A stretch of DNA of 64,000 nt from an uncultured Desulfobacter sp. Lineage in GTDB: Bacteria > Desulfobacterota > Desulfobacteria > Desulfobacterales > Desulfobacteraceae. Position numbers and translations under genes: made by a program. The stretch covers positions 3,104,001 through 3,168,000 of the forward strand of contig OY762069.1 in NCBI GenBank assembly GCA_963665095.1. Direction: 5' to 3'. The notes under the pieces are model-generated. The model did no database searches. It was not told where the DNA came from and worked only from the letters and a program-made list of their open reading frames with translations. Positions 29,443 through 38,855 of the stretch are shown one piece after another; within the stretch, counting starts at the first letter, position 1, and each line of letters begins with the position of its first letter.

Positions 29443-30848
29443 GCCCTCTTTTGCATCCAGCCTTTGTTTAAAAAGCCCCATTTAAGCTGCCGCCGCTGTC
29501 CAATGCGCTTTCCAGACTGAGTTTCCATATTTAGAATCTTACGAATTGCTTTCTGCATGTCACGAATCTGCTTTATCATCTCCTCCAGGGGATTTTCAAT
29601 GTCATCCACGAAGCCCAGCCAGTCCGACGCCTTTTCCACTGCTGAATCCGGCAGCGGGGCTGTCCCGGTGATGACACGCTCATTGAACAGGCCGGTCTCG
29701 GCATCTGGACCTTCTGTTTCTTCAATGGACCGGGCAGCCAGATCAATCTGCTGAATCATGCCCACATTGCCGTTCTCAAATAGAAATACCCCGGACTGCT
29801 GCACCTGGCCCTGAAGTGTATTGTCCGCCCCGGTCAACTCAAATCCGGTCTGGGCACTGCCAAGATAAATGGCCCCGATACCGGCATCAGCCAGTGTAGT
29901 GAGCACATCATTACCGGCCTCATCTTTTGTCCAGACAGAAAGTTTGGAAAACACATCATCATTTTCGTCAATCCAGCCATTGCCATCCAGGTCATAAACC
30001 CCGAGCTCCCCGAATCCGTTGCCTGTTCCCGGGCCAAATAACTCAGACCCGTCATTGATGACACCGTCACTGTTTTTATCAAAGCTTAAAAAGCCTGAAC
30101 CGGATGCGGCAAAGCTGATCTCTTCTGTGGTCCCGTCATTATCCAGATCAAACTCAAACCGGATGTCGCCCAGTTCAGGAACTGTGCCGTCCAGACTGAT
30201 CATTAGCGGATCAATCAGGGCCATCTGCTCCTGCCAGCTCTGAATCACGGCATGCTCGGCCGTGGTGGTCAGCGTGGACCTGTCCATGGCCAGATCCAGG
30301 GAAAAATCAATGATGCGTCCATCTTCGGTCATAACCTGACCGGCAGAAGAGAAGGTCATCTGCTCCTGTTCATAATGGCTGGTTGTCCGGTCCAGTGTAA
30401 TGGTGGAGATATTGGAATTTTTTTGGAAACCAGACACCGTAACCCCGGTATCTGCATCTGAAAAGCCCTGCCGGATCTCAGCATACTGATCCAGGATCCG
30501 GGCCGACACCCGGGTACCCGTCACCGAACTGACCAGCTTTTCCACCACCTCTTCCTGGGAAAACATTGAGATCGGCTCTCCGTCAACCGTGGATACCCGG
30601 GACTCTGATGAAATCCCGTGACTGTATTCACTGCGGGTTTCTGCCAGCGCTGTGGCTGAAATAGAGACCTGGTCGGCCCAGACCAGAGGAATGCCGCCGG
30701 AACTGTCAGCCAGGCCGGAACCGTTGTTTAAAGTTAACGCCGTACTGTTTTTTGACAGGGTTCTTGACGAGGTTTCCTCCTGGAGCAGATCCTTTTCCTC
30801 AAAATTATAGTACGATGACAAACTTACATAACTTTGTAATATTTTCAT
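29427..30848 (-). CDS. Acidic hypothetical protein with DxDxDG Ca-binding-like motifs
   Basis: FDLDNDG, DKNSDGVINDGSELFG and YDLDGNGWIDEND; GGGAGG RBS before MKILQ. Confidence 0.8.
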   Translation of the reverse strand: MKILQSYVSLSSYYNFEEKDLLQEETSSRTLSKNSTALTLNNGSGLADSSGGIPLVWADQVSISATALAETRSEYSHGISSESRVSTVDGEPISMFSQEEVVEKLVSSVTGTRVSARILDQYAEIRQGFSDADTGVTVSGFQKNSNISTITLDRTTSHYEQEQMTFSSAGQVMTEDGRIIDFSLDLAMDRSTLTTTAEHAVIQSWQEQMALIDPLMISLDGTVPELGDIRFEFDLDNDGTTEEISFAASGSGFLSFDKNSDGVINDGSELFGPGTGNGFGELGVYDLDGNGWIDENDDVFSKLSVWTKDEAGNDVLTTLADAGIGAIYLGSAQTGFELTGADNTLQGQVQQSGVFLFENGNVGMIQQIDLAARSIEETEGPDAETGLFNERVITGTAPLPDSAVEKASDWLGFVDDIENPLEEMIKQIRDMQKAIRKILNMETQSGKRIGQRRQLKWGFLNKGWMQKRAYDSR

Positions 30849-30904
30849 GACGCCCTCCCTGGCCTGCACGAATTATCAGAACTAATTCATCTGGATATAA
30901 TTAT

Positions 30905-30932
30905 CTATCGGCATTACCCTCCAGATTATTTA
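30905..30932 (-). promoter_or_regulatory. sigma28 (FliA)-type promoter
   Basis: Minus strand TAAA-N16-GCCGATAG about 55 nt upstream of the 30848 start. Confidence 0.6.
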
Positions 30933-31078
30933 GTGTTTGAACGAAAAGGCACCCATCTGTGGCGTTGCAGAAAAATTGAAAATCCTCACAACCCACAGGT
31001 TGCTCCGGTTTTCAATTTTTCTGCGCCTTGCATATGGGCACCTTTTTGTTCAAACACGGGGTTTTCGTTCAGGCACTA
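30931..31078. mobile_element. MITE/REP-like palindromic element, 148 bp
   Basis: Ends TAGTGTTTGAACGAAAA and TTTTCGTTCAGGCACTA form a 17-bp inverted repeat with 2 mismatches and terminal TA; nested internal stems. Confidence 0.7.
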
Positions 31079-31164
31079 TTTAATATCGCCTGATAAGGCT
31101 TGAATCCTTTAATGAATTAATGATAATTAAGACTATTTTAATAAAATCACTGCTTGCATAATTA

Positions 31165-32529
31165 ATGACCGATATACCTAAAGTGCACATCCCGGCAGGC
31201 CGGTTCACTGTTCAGACACAGGCCGGCACGATATTTCAGGCCTGTCTGGGCACCTGCCTGGGCGTGGCACTGTATGACCGGGTCAAAAAAGCCGGGGGGC
31301 TGATTCACATTCTTCTTCCCGAACCTCTGAATTCCTCCTGTGATACAGTAGCACCTGAAAAATATGCATCCACAGGTCTTCCCATGCTGATCAATACCCT
31401 GACACAGATGGGATGCACCCCCGGGAACATGGAGGCTACCATTGCCGGTGGTGCCCTTGTGGGACCATTTTCCCGCCTGGACATGGGTCTGGACATCGGG
31501 GGGAGGTCTGCAGACATTGCCCGACGCATTCTGGAAGACCAGGGGATCTCTATCATTCAGTCGGAAACCGGTGGTTTTTTTACCTGCACCCTTGAACTGA
31601 ACATGAAAACAGGCCAGGCTGAAATTTTTCCGTCTATAGAGGGCGTTTTTACAGATAAACCAGTGGATAGCAGTCCCATAAATCCCAGGGCAATCCTGTC
31701 GACCATGAAGAAGCTGAAGCCCATTCCCCAGACCGCCCTGAAAATATTAAGAATGTTCAACCAGGACCGGTGCAGTATAGAGGATATAACCCAGGAGCTG
31801 TCCAGGGACCAGGTACTTTCGGCCCAAACTTTAAAAATCTGTAACTCCGCTTTTTTTTCCGGTGCCTTAAAAATCGACACGCTTAAGGATGCCGTGCTGG
31901 TCATGGGCAAAGAGATGCTGGTCAAAACAGTAATTACAGCTGCTGTTGAAAAATACTTTGATCAGCTCAGCCCATCCGGCTATTCCCTGTGTAAAGGCGG
32001 CCTGTTCTTTCATGCTGTAGGCGTGGCCAGTCTGGCAGAGCGTCTGGCCGGGGAGGCTGGCTTTCCACAGCCCTTTCAGGCATATACGGCAGGGCTGCTG
32101 CACGACATTGGCAAGGTGGTGCTGGACCAGTACATATCAGACAACAATCCGTTATTTTTCCGCTCCCTGGAACAGAAAGGGCAGGAGATCCTGCAGACAG
32201 AAAAAACGCTTCTGGGCTTTACCCACTGCCGGGCCGGTGGCCTTCTGGCTGAAAAATGGCACTTTTCCCAGGCTCTGACCGAAGCCATCCGGTTTCACCA
32301 TACGCCTGAAAAAGCAAAAAATCATTCAAGACTGGTGGATCTCGTATATCTTTCCGACCTGATTATGGAAAAATTTTTCACGCGATTTACCATTGAAAAT
32401 ATTGGCACCCTGCAGCTTGCGCCCATTATCCGAAAAACGGGCCTTGACGGGACATCTTTAAGCCGGTGCATTGACGGGCTCCCTCTGGATGCACTATACC
32501 AGACACATGAAACAGACAATGTCAGATAA
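31165..32529 (+). CDS. CheD-HDOD fusion protein
   Basis: CheD LGTCLGV, HILLP, KYA, IAGGA and IGGR; HDOD LKICNSAFF and AGLLHDIGK. Confidence 0.85.
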   Translation: MTDIPKVHIPAGRFTVQTQAGTIFQACLGTCLGVALYDRVKKAGGLIHILLPEPLNSSCDTVAPEKYASTGLPMLINTLTQMGCTPGNMEATIAGGALVGPFSRLDMGLDIGGRSADIARRILEDQGISIIQSETGGFFTCTLELNMKTGQAEIFPSIEGVFTDKPVDSSPINPRAILSTMKKLKPIPQTALKILRMFNQDRCSIEDITQELSRDQVLSAQTLKICNSAFFSGALKIDTLKDAVLVMGKEMLVKTVITAAVEKYFDQLSPSGYSLCKGGLFFHAVGVASLAERLAGEAGFPQPFQAYTAGLLHDIGKVVLDQYISDNNPLFFRSLEQKGQEILQTEKTLLGFTHCRAGGLLAEKWHFSQALTEAIRFHHTPEKAKNHSRLVDLVYLSDLIMEKFFTRFTIENIGTLQLAPIIRKTGLDGTSLSRCIDGLPLDALYQTHETDNVR

Positions 32530-33913
32530 ACAGACTTTATTAAAATCTTTACCCGGTGTGGATCATCTTCTGAATCTTGCCGGCGCGGATGAACGATTTT
32601 CCCGGATACCGCGCAGTCTTGTACTTGAATCTTTGCGCCGGGCCGTTGAGGATACCCGAAAATGTATCCTTGAGGGCCAGCCCGTCACCCCGGACCATAC
32701 ACAGATCATGGCGCGGGCTGCTAAAATTGCCACAGAACGGATGAAAAACCGGCTCAAACCCCTGATCAACGGCACCGGCGTGGTACTTCACACCAATCTG
32801 GGCAGGGCATTGCTCTGCCGGGAGGCCCTGGATAATATCCTTGATGTCTCCGCTGCTTACTCCAATCTTGAGCTGAACCTTGCCACCGGAAAACGTGGTA
32901 TCAGGTACGCCGCCATTGAAGGTCTGATCTGCGAGCTGACCGGCGCTGAAGCCGCCATGGCAGTAAACAACAATGCAGGGGCAGTACTCCTGGCATTGAA
33001 CACCCTGGCCCAGGGTCGCGAGGTGGTGGTCTCCAGAGGAGAGCTTGTGGAAATCGGCGGCTCCTTCAGGGTGCCGGATGTCATGATCAAAAGCGGATGC
33101 ATCCTTCGTGAAGTGGGCACTACCAACCGGACCCATGCCAGGGATTACACCAATGCCGTGACTGAAGAGACCGGCCTTTTGCTCAAAGTGCATACCTCCA
33201 ACTATAAAATAGAAGGGTTTACGGCCAGTGTTCCGTTAAAGGAGCTGGTGGAGATCGGAAAAACCCATGGCCTGCCTGTGATGGAGGACTTGGGTTCAGG
33301 CACCCTGATTGATTTCAGCCAGTTCGGCCTGCCTGCGGAACCGCCGGTATTTGAACAGGTGGCAGCAGGTGCGGATGTGGTCACATTCAGTGGGGACAAG
33401 CTATTGGGAGGCCCCCAGGCCGGTGTCATTGTGGGCAATAAAAAATACCTGGACCAGATTAAAGCCAACCCTTTGACCCGGGCGCTTCGCATTGACAAAA
33501 TGACTCTGGCAGCCCTGGAATCAACGCTCAAGCTTTACCGGGACACGGCGGAAGCTGTGGAAAAAATTCCCACGTTACGGATGCTGACCCGCTCCTACGA
33601 GCAAATCTGCCTGGACGCAGACACGCTTTTTGCACTGGTGTCGAAAGGTGTCGGTAACAAAGCAGAGGTGGCGCTCTCCGACATGAACTCCAGACCCGGT
33701 GGTGGCTCCTATCCCGGCCTGACTCTGCCCACCCGGTGCCTGACCATCCGTCCCAAAGCCATGTCCGTCACCACCCTGGACAAAGCGCTGCGGGCCTTTG
33801 ACCCGCCCGTAATGGGACGCATTGAAGACAATTGGTTCATTATAGACCCCAGGACACTTCAACCCGGCCAGGACAAAATTCTTGCCGGCATTTTTAAAAC
33901 CCTGATCCAGTAA
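32519..33913 (+). CDS. selA: L-seryl-tRNA(Sec) selenium transferase
   Basis: INGTGVVLHTNLGRA, VNNNAGA, SRGELVEIGGSFR and FSGDKLLGGPQAG. Confidence 0.97.
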   Translation: MSDKQTLLKSLPGVDHLLNLAGADERFSRIPRSLVLESLRRAVEDTRKCILEGQPVTPDHTQIMARAAKIATERMKNRLKPLINGTGVVLHTNLGRALLCREALDNILDVSAAYSNLELNLATGKRGIRYAAIEGLICELTGAEAAMAVNNNAGAVLLALNTLAQGREVVVSRGELVEIGGSFRVPDVMIKSGCILREVGTTNRTHARDYTNAVTEETGLLLKVHTSNYKIEGFTASVPLKELVEIGKTHGLPVMEDLGSGTLIDFSQFGLPAEPPVFEQVAAGADVVTFSGDKLLGGPQAGVIVGNKKYLDQIKANPLTRALRIDKMTLAALESTLKLYRDTAEAVEKIPTLRMLTRSYEQICLDADTLFALVSKGVGNKAEVALSDMNSRPGGGSYPGLTLPTRCLTIRPKAMSVTTLDKALRAFDPPVMGRIEDNWFIIDPRTLQPGQDKILAGIFKTLIQ

Positions 33914-33922
33914 CACGACCTG

Positions 33923-35173
33923 ATGACTATGACTCAAAAATTCATTGCCAAAGATATCCAGTTTCTGAGAACAGCGCCGGACGCGCCTGCACTGTCAGCC
34001 CCGAAAGTATACTATTCCGACCTTATTGCACAGCCAACCACCGAGTTTACCGGATTCTGCCGGCGCCTGGCCAAAGTATGCGACAACAAAAAAACGTTCC
34101 TTACGGCCGCCATACAGGTTGATCCGGATGCCGCACCTGAGATCAGGGAAAAGACCAGAGATATTTTTGATGCCTGTTTTCATTCCATCCTGGAGCGGTC
34201 CGGCGGGTATAAGGAGCGGGGTATCTGGGAGTGCCTGGATAGCATGACAGCGCTGATGGCCTTCTGGGATTTTAATACAGCCAAAGAGGGCAGAAAGGTG
34301 CTTGACCTGCTCAATGAAAAGATCACCAAAGGCCTTGATACCGGCCTGATCATGGGTACCGCCGCCTTTCCCTTCCATGATGTTGACCGGACCGATATGC
34401 CTGGATGCGCCCTGAAAGCCCTGGATCATGCCGCCTTTTTCGGACCCGGCCACACAATTGAATTTGATGCCCTGTCCCTGAACATTTCCGGGGACAGGCG
34501 GTTCCAGCTCAACGACACTGACGGAGCCATCAGCGAATATGAAAAAGGCCTGGCCATGGAACCCTGCAACATCAACCTGATCAACAGCCTGGGCGTGGCC
34601 CACGGGGTGGACCAGGATCTGACAAAAGCCATGGAATATTTTGAAAAGGCAAGCCGCATCAATCCGGAAGAGGCCATGGTCATCCACAATATTGCCCTGA
34701 TCCACCGAATCAATGACAACACGGACTCAGCCCTTGCCTACCTGAAAAAAGCCCATGCCATAGATCCGGATGTTTTTGAAATTGAACTGCTGTTAGGGCA
34801 TCTTTTGTTCCGTGAGAATAAATTTAACCAGGCCATGGACCACCTGGATGCGGCCATCCGGCTCAAACCCGAATCCGGCACCGCCTTCAGGATAAAAGGC
34901 CAAATTTCCATGGAAAAAGAGGATGCATCAGGCGCTGCGGCCCATTTTAATCAGGCGGTAAAGCTCAACCCCAATGATCCGGAGGCGCTGTCCGGCTATG
35001 CCCGGGCCATGGCATTGCAAAAAAAGAACCTGCCCATTGCCCTGAGTTTTGCAAAGAAAAGTCTGGCCCTGGATCCGGGTAATGAGACTTACAGACAACG
35101 ACTTGAAGAGATTGAAGATATACACGACCTGGTTCAGGAAAAAAACCAGAAAAAAAGCATTAAATCAGCCTGA
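33923..35173 (+). CDS. Tetratricopeptide-repeat protein with a possible degenerate cyclase-like N-terminal domain
   Basis: Several TPR units (e.g. AISEYEKGLAMEP, AMEYFEKASRINP, AAAHFNQAVKLNP). Confidence 0.8.
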   Translation: MTMTQKFIAKDIQFLRTAPDAPALSAPKVYYSDLIAQPTTEFTGFCRRLAKVCDNKKTFLTAAIQVDPDAAPEIREKTRDIFDACFHSILERSGGYKERGIWECLDSMTALMAFWDFNTAKEGRKVLDLLNEKITKGLDTGLIMGTAAFPFHDVDRTDMPGCALKALDHAAFFGPGHTIEFDALSLNISGDRRFQLNDTDGAISEYEKGLAMEPCNINLINSLGVAHGVDQDLTKAMEYFEKASRINPEEAMVIHNIALIHRINDNTDSALAYLKKAHAIDPDVFEIELLLGHLLFRENKFNQAMDHLDAAIRLKPESGTAFRIKGQISMEKEDASGAAAHFNQAVKLNPNDPEALSGYARAMALQKKNLPIALSFAKKSLALDPGNETYRQRLEEIEDIHDLVQEKNQKKSIKSA

Positions 35174-35246
35174 CCTGAAAGTTGAATCAAGGGCGACCCA
35201 TTTGCCAGTACCGGGTATAGATGAATAGCTTTTTGGGAGATATTGC

Positions 35247-35816
35247 ATGAAAGAATTAATCCGGCAGACAGTCACGGATTCCATTGAGGCCAAACAGGCC
35301 TTTTTTTCCACCAATGAACATTTGATTGAAACATGTGCGAGCACCATGGCCGACACCTTTGGGGCTGGCCGCAAATTGCTGCTTTTCGGCAATGGCGGAT
35401 CAGCTGCGGACTGCCAGCATATTGCCGCAGAATTTGTCAACCGGTTCCAGATGGAAAGACGCCCCCTTCCGGCCATTGCCCTGACCTGCGACACCTCAAT
35501 CCTGACCAGCATCGGCAATGATTACAACTTTGACGATATCTTTGAAAAACAGGTCCGGGCGTTAGGCAAGAAGGGAGATATGGTCATTGGCATCTCAACC
35601 TCGGGGAGTTCACCCAACGTCATCCGGGCAATGGAAGCCGCTAAGCAGATGGGGCTGACACTGGTAGGATTTTCCGGGGCAAAGGGCAAGCTGAAAAATT
35701 TATGTGATATGGCCTTTTGCGTGGACAGCCCGGTAACAGCCCGAATTCAGGAGGTCCACATCACCCTGGCCCATATCCTGTGCGATCTGACCGAACGGAT
35801 GATGTTCCATGACTGA
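35247..35816 (+). CDS. gmhA: Phosphoheptose isomerase
   Basis: GNGGSAADCQH, IGNDY, ISTSGSS and ARIQEVH. Confidence 0.95.
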   Translation: MKELIRQTVTDSIEAKQAFFSTNEHLIETCASTMADTFGAGRKLLLFGNGGSAADCQHIAAEFVNRFQMERRPLPAIALTCDTSILTSIGNDYNFDDIFEKQVRALGKKGDMVIGISTSGSSPNVIRAMEAAKQMGLTLVGFSGAKGKLKNLCDMAFCVDSPVTARIQEVHITLAHILCDLTERMMFHD

Positions 35817-36765
35817 AAAATTTCGCAGGGCACCCAAAATCCTGGACTTTTCCAGACTGTCCACTTACTCCATCAAGGAGAGAAAAAGCCTGGTATCAAA
35901 GGACGATTTTGCACAGCCCTGGACAAAGGGAGGAGGCCTTGACGCCTTTCTTGAGCGGCTTCCTGCCATCCTTGCCGGCAAGGATATCCGGGCCGTGATC
36001 AAGGCCATAGCCCGTGCTGCAAAAAAACAGCGGCCCATCTGTTTTGCCATGGGTGGCCACGTGGTTAAAACCGGCATGGCCCCCATTCTCATCGACCTGA
36101 TGGAAAAACAGGTGATCACCCACCTGGCCATGAACGGCTCCTGCATCATCCATGACTTTGAAATCGCCTTTACCGGCCAGACCAGTGAAGATGTGGCCGA
36201 AAGCCTTGGCTCCGGCAGCTTCGGAATGGCCAAAGAAACATCTGAACTGCTTAATCAGGCCATTGTATCGGCCCATGATAAAAAAATCGGCCTGGGCCGG
36301 GCCGTGGGCCAGATGATCCTGGACATGGACCTGCCCTGCAAACACTTAAGCCTCACTGCAGCAGGAGCGGCCCTGGGTCTTCCGGTCACCGTGCATGTGG
36401 CCTTAGGTACGGACATCATCCACATGCACCCCGGGTTTGATGGTGCCGCCTGCGGGAAATCCTCCCTGGATGATTTCCACACCCTTGCCCAAACCATTGC
36501 CGACCTTGAAAACGGGGTCTTCATCAATGCCGGCTCTGCTGTAATCATGCCCGAAGTATTCTTAAAAGCACTCACCCTGGTAAGAAACCTGGGCCACCAG
36601 GTGGATGATTTCACCACGGTCAACTTAGACTTTATCCGCCACTACCGCCCCATGACCAACGTGGTCAACCGCCCCACCCAGGGAAAAGGAAAAGGCTATT
36701 CCATAGTGGGTCACCACGAACTTCTGATCCCCTTGATCGCTGCCGGCGTCATCGAATCCCTGTAA
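35809..36765 (+). CDS. Conserved hypothetical protein, possibly deoxyhypusine-synthase-like fold
   Basis: MGGHVVK.G, IHDFE, GSAVIMPEVFLKA and GHHELLIP; overlaps the gmhA end. Confidence 0.65.
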   Translation: MTEKFRRAPKILDFSRLSTYSIKERKSLVSKDDFAQPWTKGGGLDAFLERLPAILAGKDIRAVIKAIARAAKKQRPICFAMGGHVVKTGMAPILIDLMEKQVITHLAMNGSCIIHDFEIAFTGQTSEDVAESLGSGSFGMAKETSELLNQAIVSAHDKKIGLGRAVGQMILDMDLPCKHLSLTAAGAALGLPVTVHVALGTDIIHMHPGFDGAACGKSSLDDFHTLAQTIADLENGVFINAGSAVIMPEVFLKALTLVRNLGHQVDDFTTVNLDFIRHYRPMTNVVNRPTQGKGKGYSIVGHHELLIPLIAAGVIESL

Positions 36766-36823
36766 ATCATTTTGCTCTGACCGAAGCGGGAAAAAATCAT
36801 TGAAATTTTCACCTGATTTTCTA

Positions 36824-36852
36824 TTGACATTTATACTCTAAGTTTCTATGGT
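36824..36852 (+). promoter_or_regulatory. sigma70 promoter of the riboswitch leader
   Basis: TTGACA, 17 nt, TATGGT just upstream of the riboswitch. Confidence 0.6.
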
Positions 36853-36865
36853 CCAGCACAATATG

Positions 36866-37032
36866 GATAACAGGTACCTGGAAAGTATCCGGGTAATGGG
36901 AACATTGTGCAATTCAATGACGGACCCGCCGCTGTAACCGGGGATGAACGCTGCAAACATGTCACTGCTTCTCAGAGGCGGGAAGACGCGGCAAGTAAAA
37001 TGATCCGGAAGTCAGAAGACCGACCTGTTTGA
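36866..37032 (+). ncRNA. Cobalamin (B12) riboswitch
   Basis: AACAGGT/ACCTGTT outer stem, AATGGGAA, CCCGCCGCTGTAA, GTCACTG...GGGAAGAC and B12 box GTCAGAAGACC. Confidence 0.92.
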
Positions 37033-37084
37033 TTTGACAGCCGAAGGGAATTGGCTGTTGAAACCTTGGATTTATAAAACGGGA

Positions 37085-37121
37085 ATCCAGGCGATTGTAT
37101 CGTCTGGATCTTTTGTTTTTT
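37085..37121 (+). terminator. Intrinsic terminator/attenuator of the riboswitch expression platform
   Basis: ATCCAGGCGAT-TGT-ATCGTCTGGAT hairpin followed by CTTTTGTTTTTT, directly before the GAGGAG RBS. Confidence 0.7.
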
Positions 37122-37135
37122 GAGGAGAAAAAAAT

Positions 37136-37984
37136 ATGGAAGGCGCAGACTGCATCCTGAACCACTCACCATTCGACACGCTTACCAATGATGACACCCG
37201 CCTGAAAGTAGAAAAAGGATTCCGTCGCTTTACCACCCAGCCATACACCCTTATGACTGAACGAAACCATGATATTAAACAGATCGGATATATTTGTTCC
37301 GGCACCCTTTTATATCTTTCAGTTGCTGAAAACGGGGCGGTGATCCGCAAAGGTGTTGCTGAAAACGGCAACTATTTTGGCATTGAAAGCCTGATGCTCA
37401 ACAATGGCAAAGCTCTGTTTGACACTCTGGTCGTGTCCCCCCTCGAGTGCCTGGTTATTGAAAAGCCAAAATTTATGGAAATTGTGCAGGAAGATGAGAA
37501 ACTTAATTTTTTTTTCAAAGAACTGGCCAGGGAGAGAATAGACCGTGAATTCTCCGGCAGGCAGCTATTAAAGACGGGTGGAAGACAGGCCATAGATAAA
37601 AAACAGAAATTACGAGTGGATATATCCATCGCCTTTATAAACGCCAACTATACAAATCGGCTCACCCTGGATCAACTGGCCAGACAAGCCGGTGTGAGCC
37701 GGTACCATTTCACCCGGATATTCAAGCTGTTCACGGGTCAGACCTTCAAGGACTACTTGAACGTCAAACGGGTGGAGGCCGCCAAACGACTGCTGGCACT
37801 GCCGGATGTCAATGTATCCCAGGCCTGTTACTCGGTGGGATTCAACGATGTATCCTACTTTTCCAGGATTTTCAAACGGTATGAGGGCGTCAGTCCGTCC
37901 AGGTACAAGAATAAATGCTGCGACAGGGGGAAAAAAATCTTTTTCTTTGATAACAGACTGCACGAAAATCTGGCTGACGCCTGA
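37136..37984 (+). CDS. cNMP-binding-like domain plus AraC-family HTH regulator
   Basis: GYICSG.L and GNYFGIESL cNMP barrel; LARQAGVSRYHFTRIFK and VGFNDVSYFSRIFKRYEGVSPS AraC motifs. Confidence 0.88.
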   Translation: MEGADCILNHSPFDTLTNDDTRLKVEKGFRRFTTQPYTLMTERNHDIKQIGYICSGTLLYLSVAENGAVIRKGVAENGNYFGIESLMLNNGKALFDTLVVSPLECLVIEKPKFMEIVQEDEKLNFFFKELARERIDREFSGRQLLKTGGRQAIDKKQKLRVDISIAFINANYTNRLTLDQLARQAGVSRYHFTRIFKLFTGQTFKDYLNVKRVEAAKRLLALPDVNVSQACYSVGFNDVSYFSRIFKRYEGVSPSRYKNKCCDRGKKIFFFDNRLHENLADA

Positions 37985-38067
37985 ATTTCAAAACAGCAGA
38001 TTTTGGCCTGAACCACGATAAAACTGCACCACCGGTATAGGTCAGCTTTTTTAGCCTTTCCCGGATG

Positions 38068-38181
38068 GATGCAGACAGTGTATTTGCCTTAGCGCGTACT
38101 GCACAGGGCGGCAAATCCCAACTCCTCCTTGCCCGGACGCCCTGGGAATCAGTGCAAACTAAGGCAAATACCCCTGCAATC
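38068..38181. repeat. Long imperfect inverted repeat between convergent genes
   Basis: Perfect 13-bp arms GTATTTGCCTTAG (38080-38092) and CTAAGGCAAATAC (38159-38171), plus inner stems CAGGGCG/CGCCCTG and GCAA/TTGC. Confidence 0.75.
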
Positions 38182-38184
38182 AGG

Positions 38185-38631
38185 TTAAAATCTTCGTATC
38201 AGCAGGGCACCTGCTGTAATCAGGGCGACGCCGGCCAGACGGGGCCAGTTGATGGGCTGTACAGGTACGCCCAGCATGCCGTAATGGTCCATGATTACAG
38301 CCATAACCAGCTGGCCTGCCACCACAAGACTGAAGGTAAGGGCGGTCCCCAGCCTTGGTGTGATGACAATGGTGGCGGTAACGTAAATGGCCCCTAAAAA
38401 CCCTGCCAGCCAGAGGCTCCAGTGAACACCGGCAGCCGTCCGGATGGCGGAAAAGTCCACTTTGCCGGCCAGAGCATAGATTAAAAGCCCGGCTGTTCCC
38501 ACGGCAAAGGAGATCAGGGCCGCATAAAACGGATCATTCAGGGTCTTGCCTATTTTGGCATTCATCCCGGCCTGCAGAGGTGCAAGCATGCCTGCTGCAA
38601 AGGCAAAGCCCAGCAGAAATATAAGCTTCAT
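38185..38631 (-). CDS. DMT-family (YdcZ/DUF606) membrane transporter
   Basis: LQAGMN, AALISFAVG and GQL..AVIMDHYG; five hydrophobic segments. Confidence 0.9.
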   Translation of the reverse strand: MKLIFLLGFAFAAGMLAPLQAGMNAKIGKTLNDPFYAALISFAVGTAGLLIYALAGKVDFSAIRTAAGVHWSLWLAGFLGAIYVTATIVITPRLGTALTFSLVVAGQLVMAVIMDHYGMLGVPVQPINWPRLAGVALITAGALLIRRF

Positions 38632-38855
38632 TTTTGTTCATCCTTTCAGACGATTCCAATTGAAATGGGCAGTATAGCCCTTTGTTTTCAAGGACGCCAC
38701 ACTATTTCAGCCTGCCCCGGTGTTTTCCACCTTGACATTTAACCCAAATCCTGAAAGATTCAATTTAAAGCAATCAAAAAATTGGTTTTTGTTACGTTAT
38801 TAACCCACAAAATTGTATTTTTAATACTACAATTATTAATCAGGCACCATTCCCG

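Noticed and set aside
32519..33950. Possible tRNA-Sec (selC) or UGA-readthrough genes near selA
   Set aside because: No tRNA cloverleaf or in-frame UGA continuation was evident
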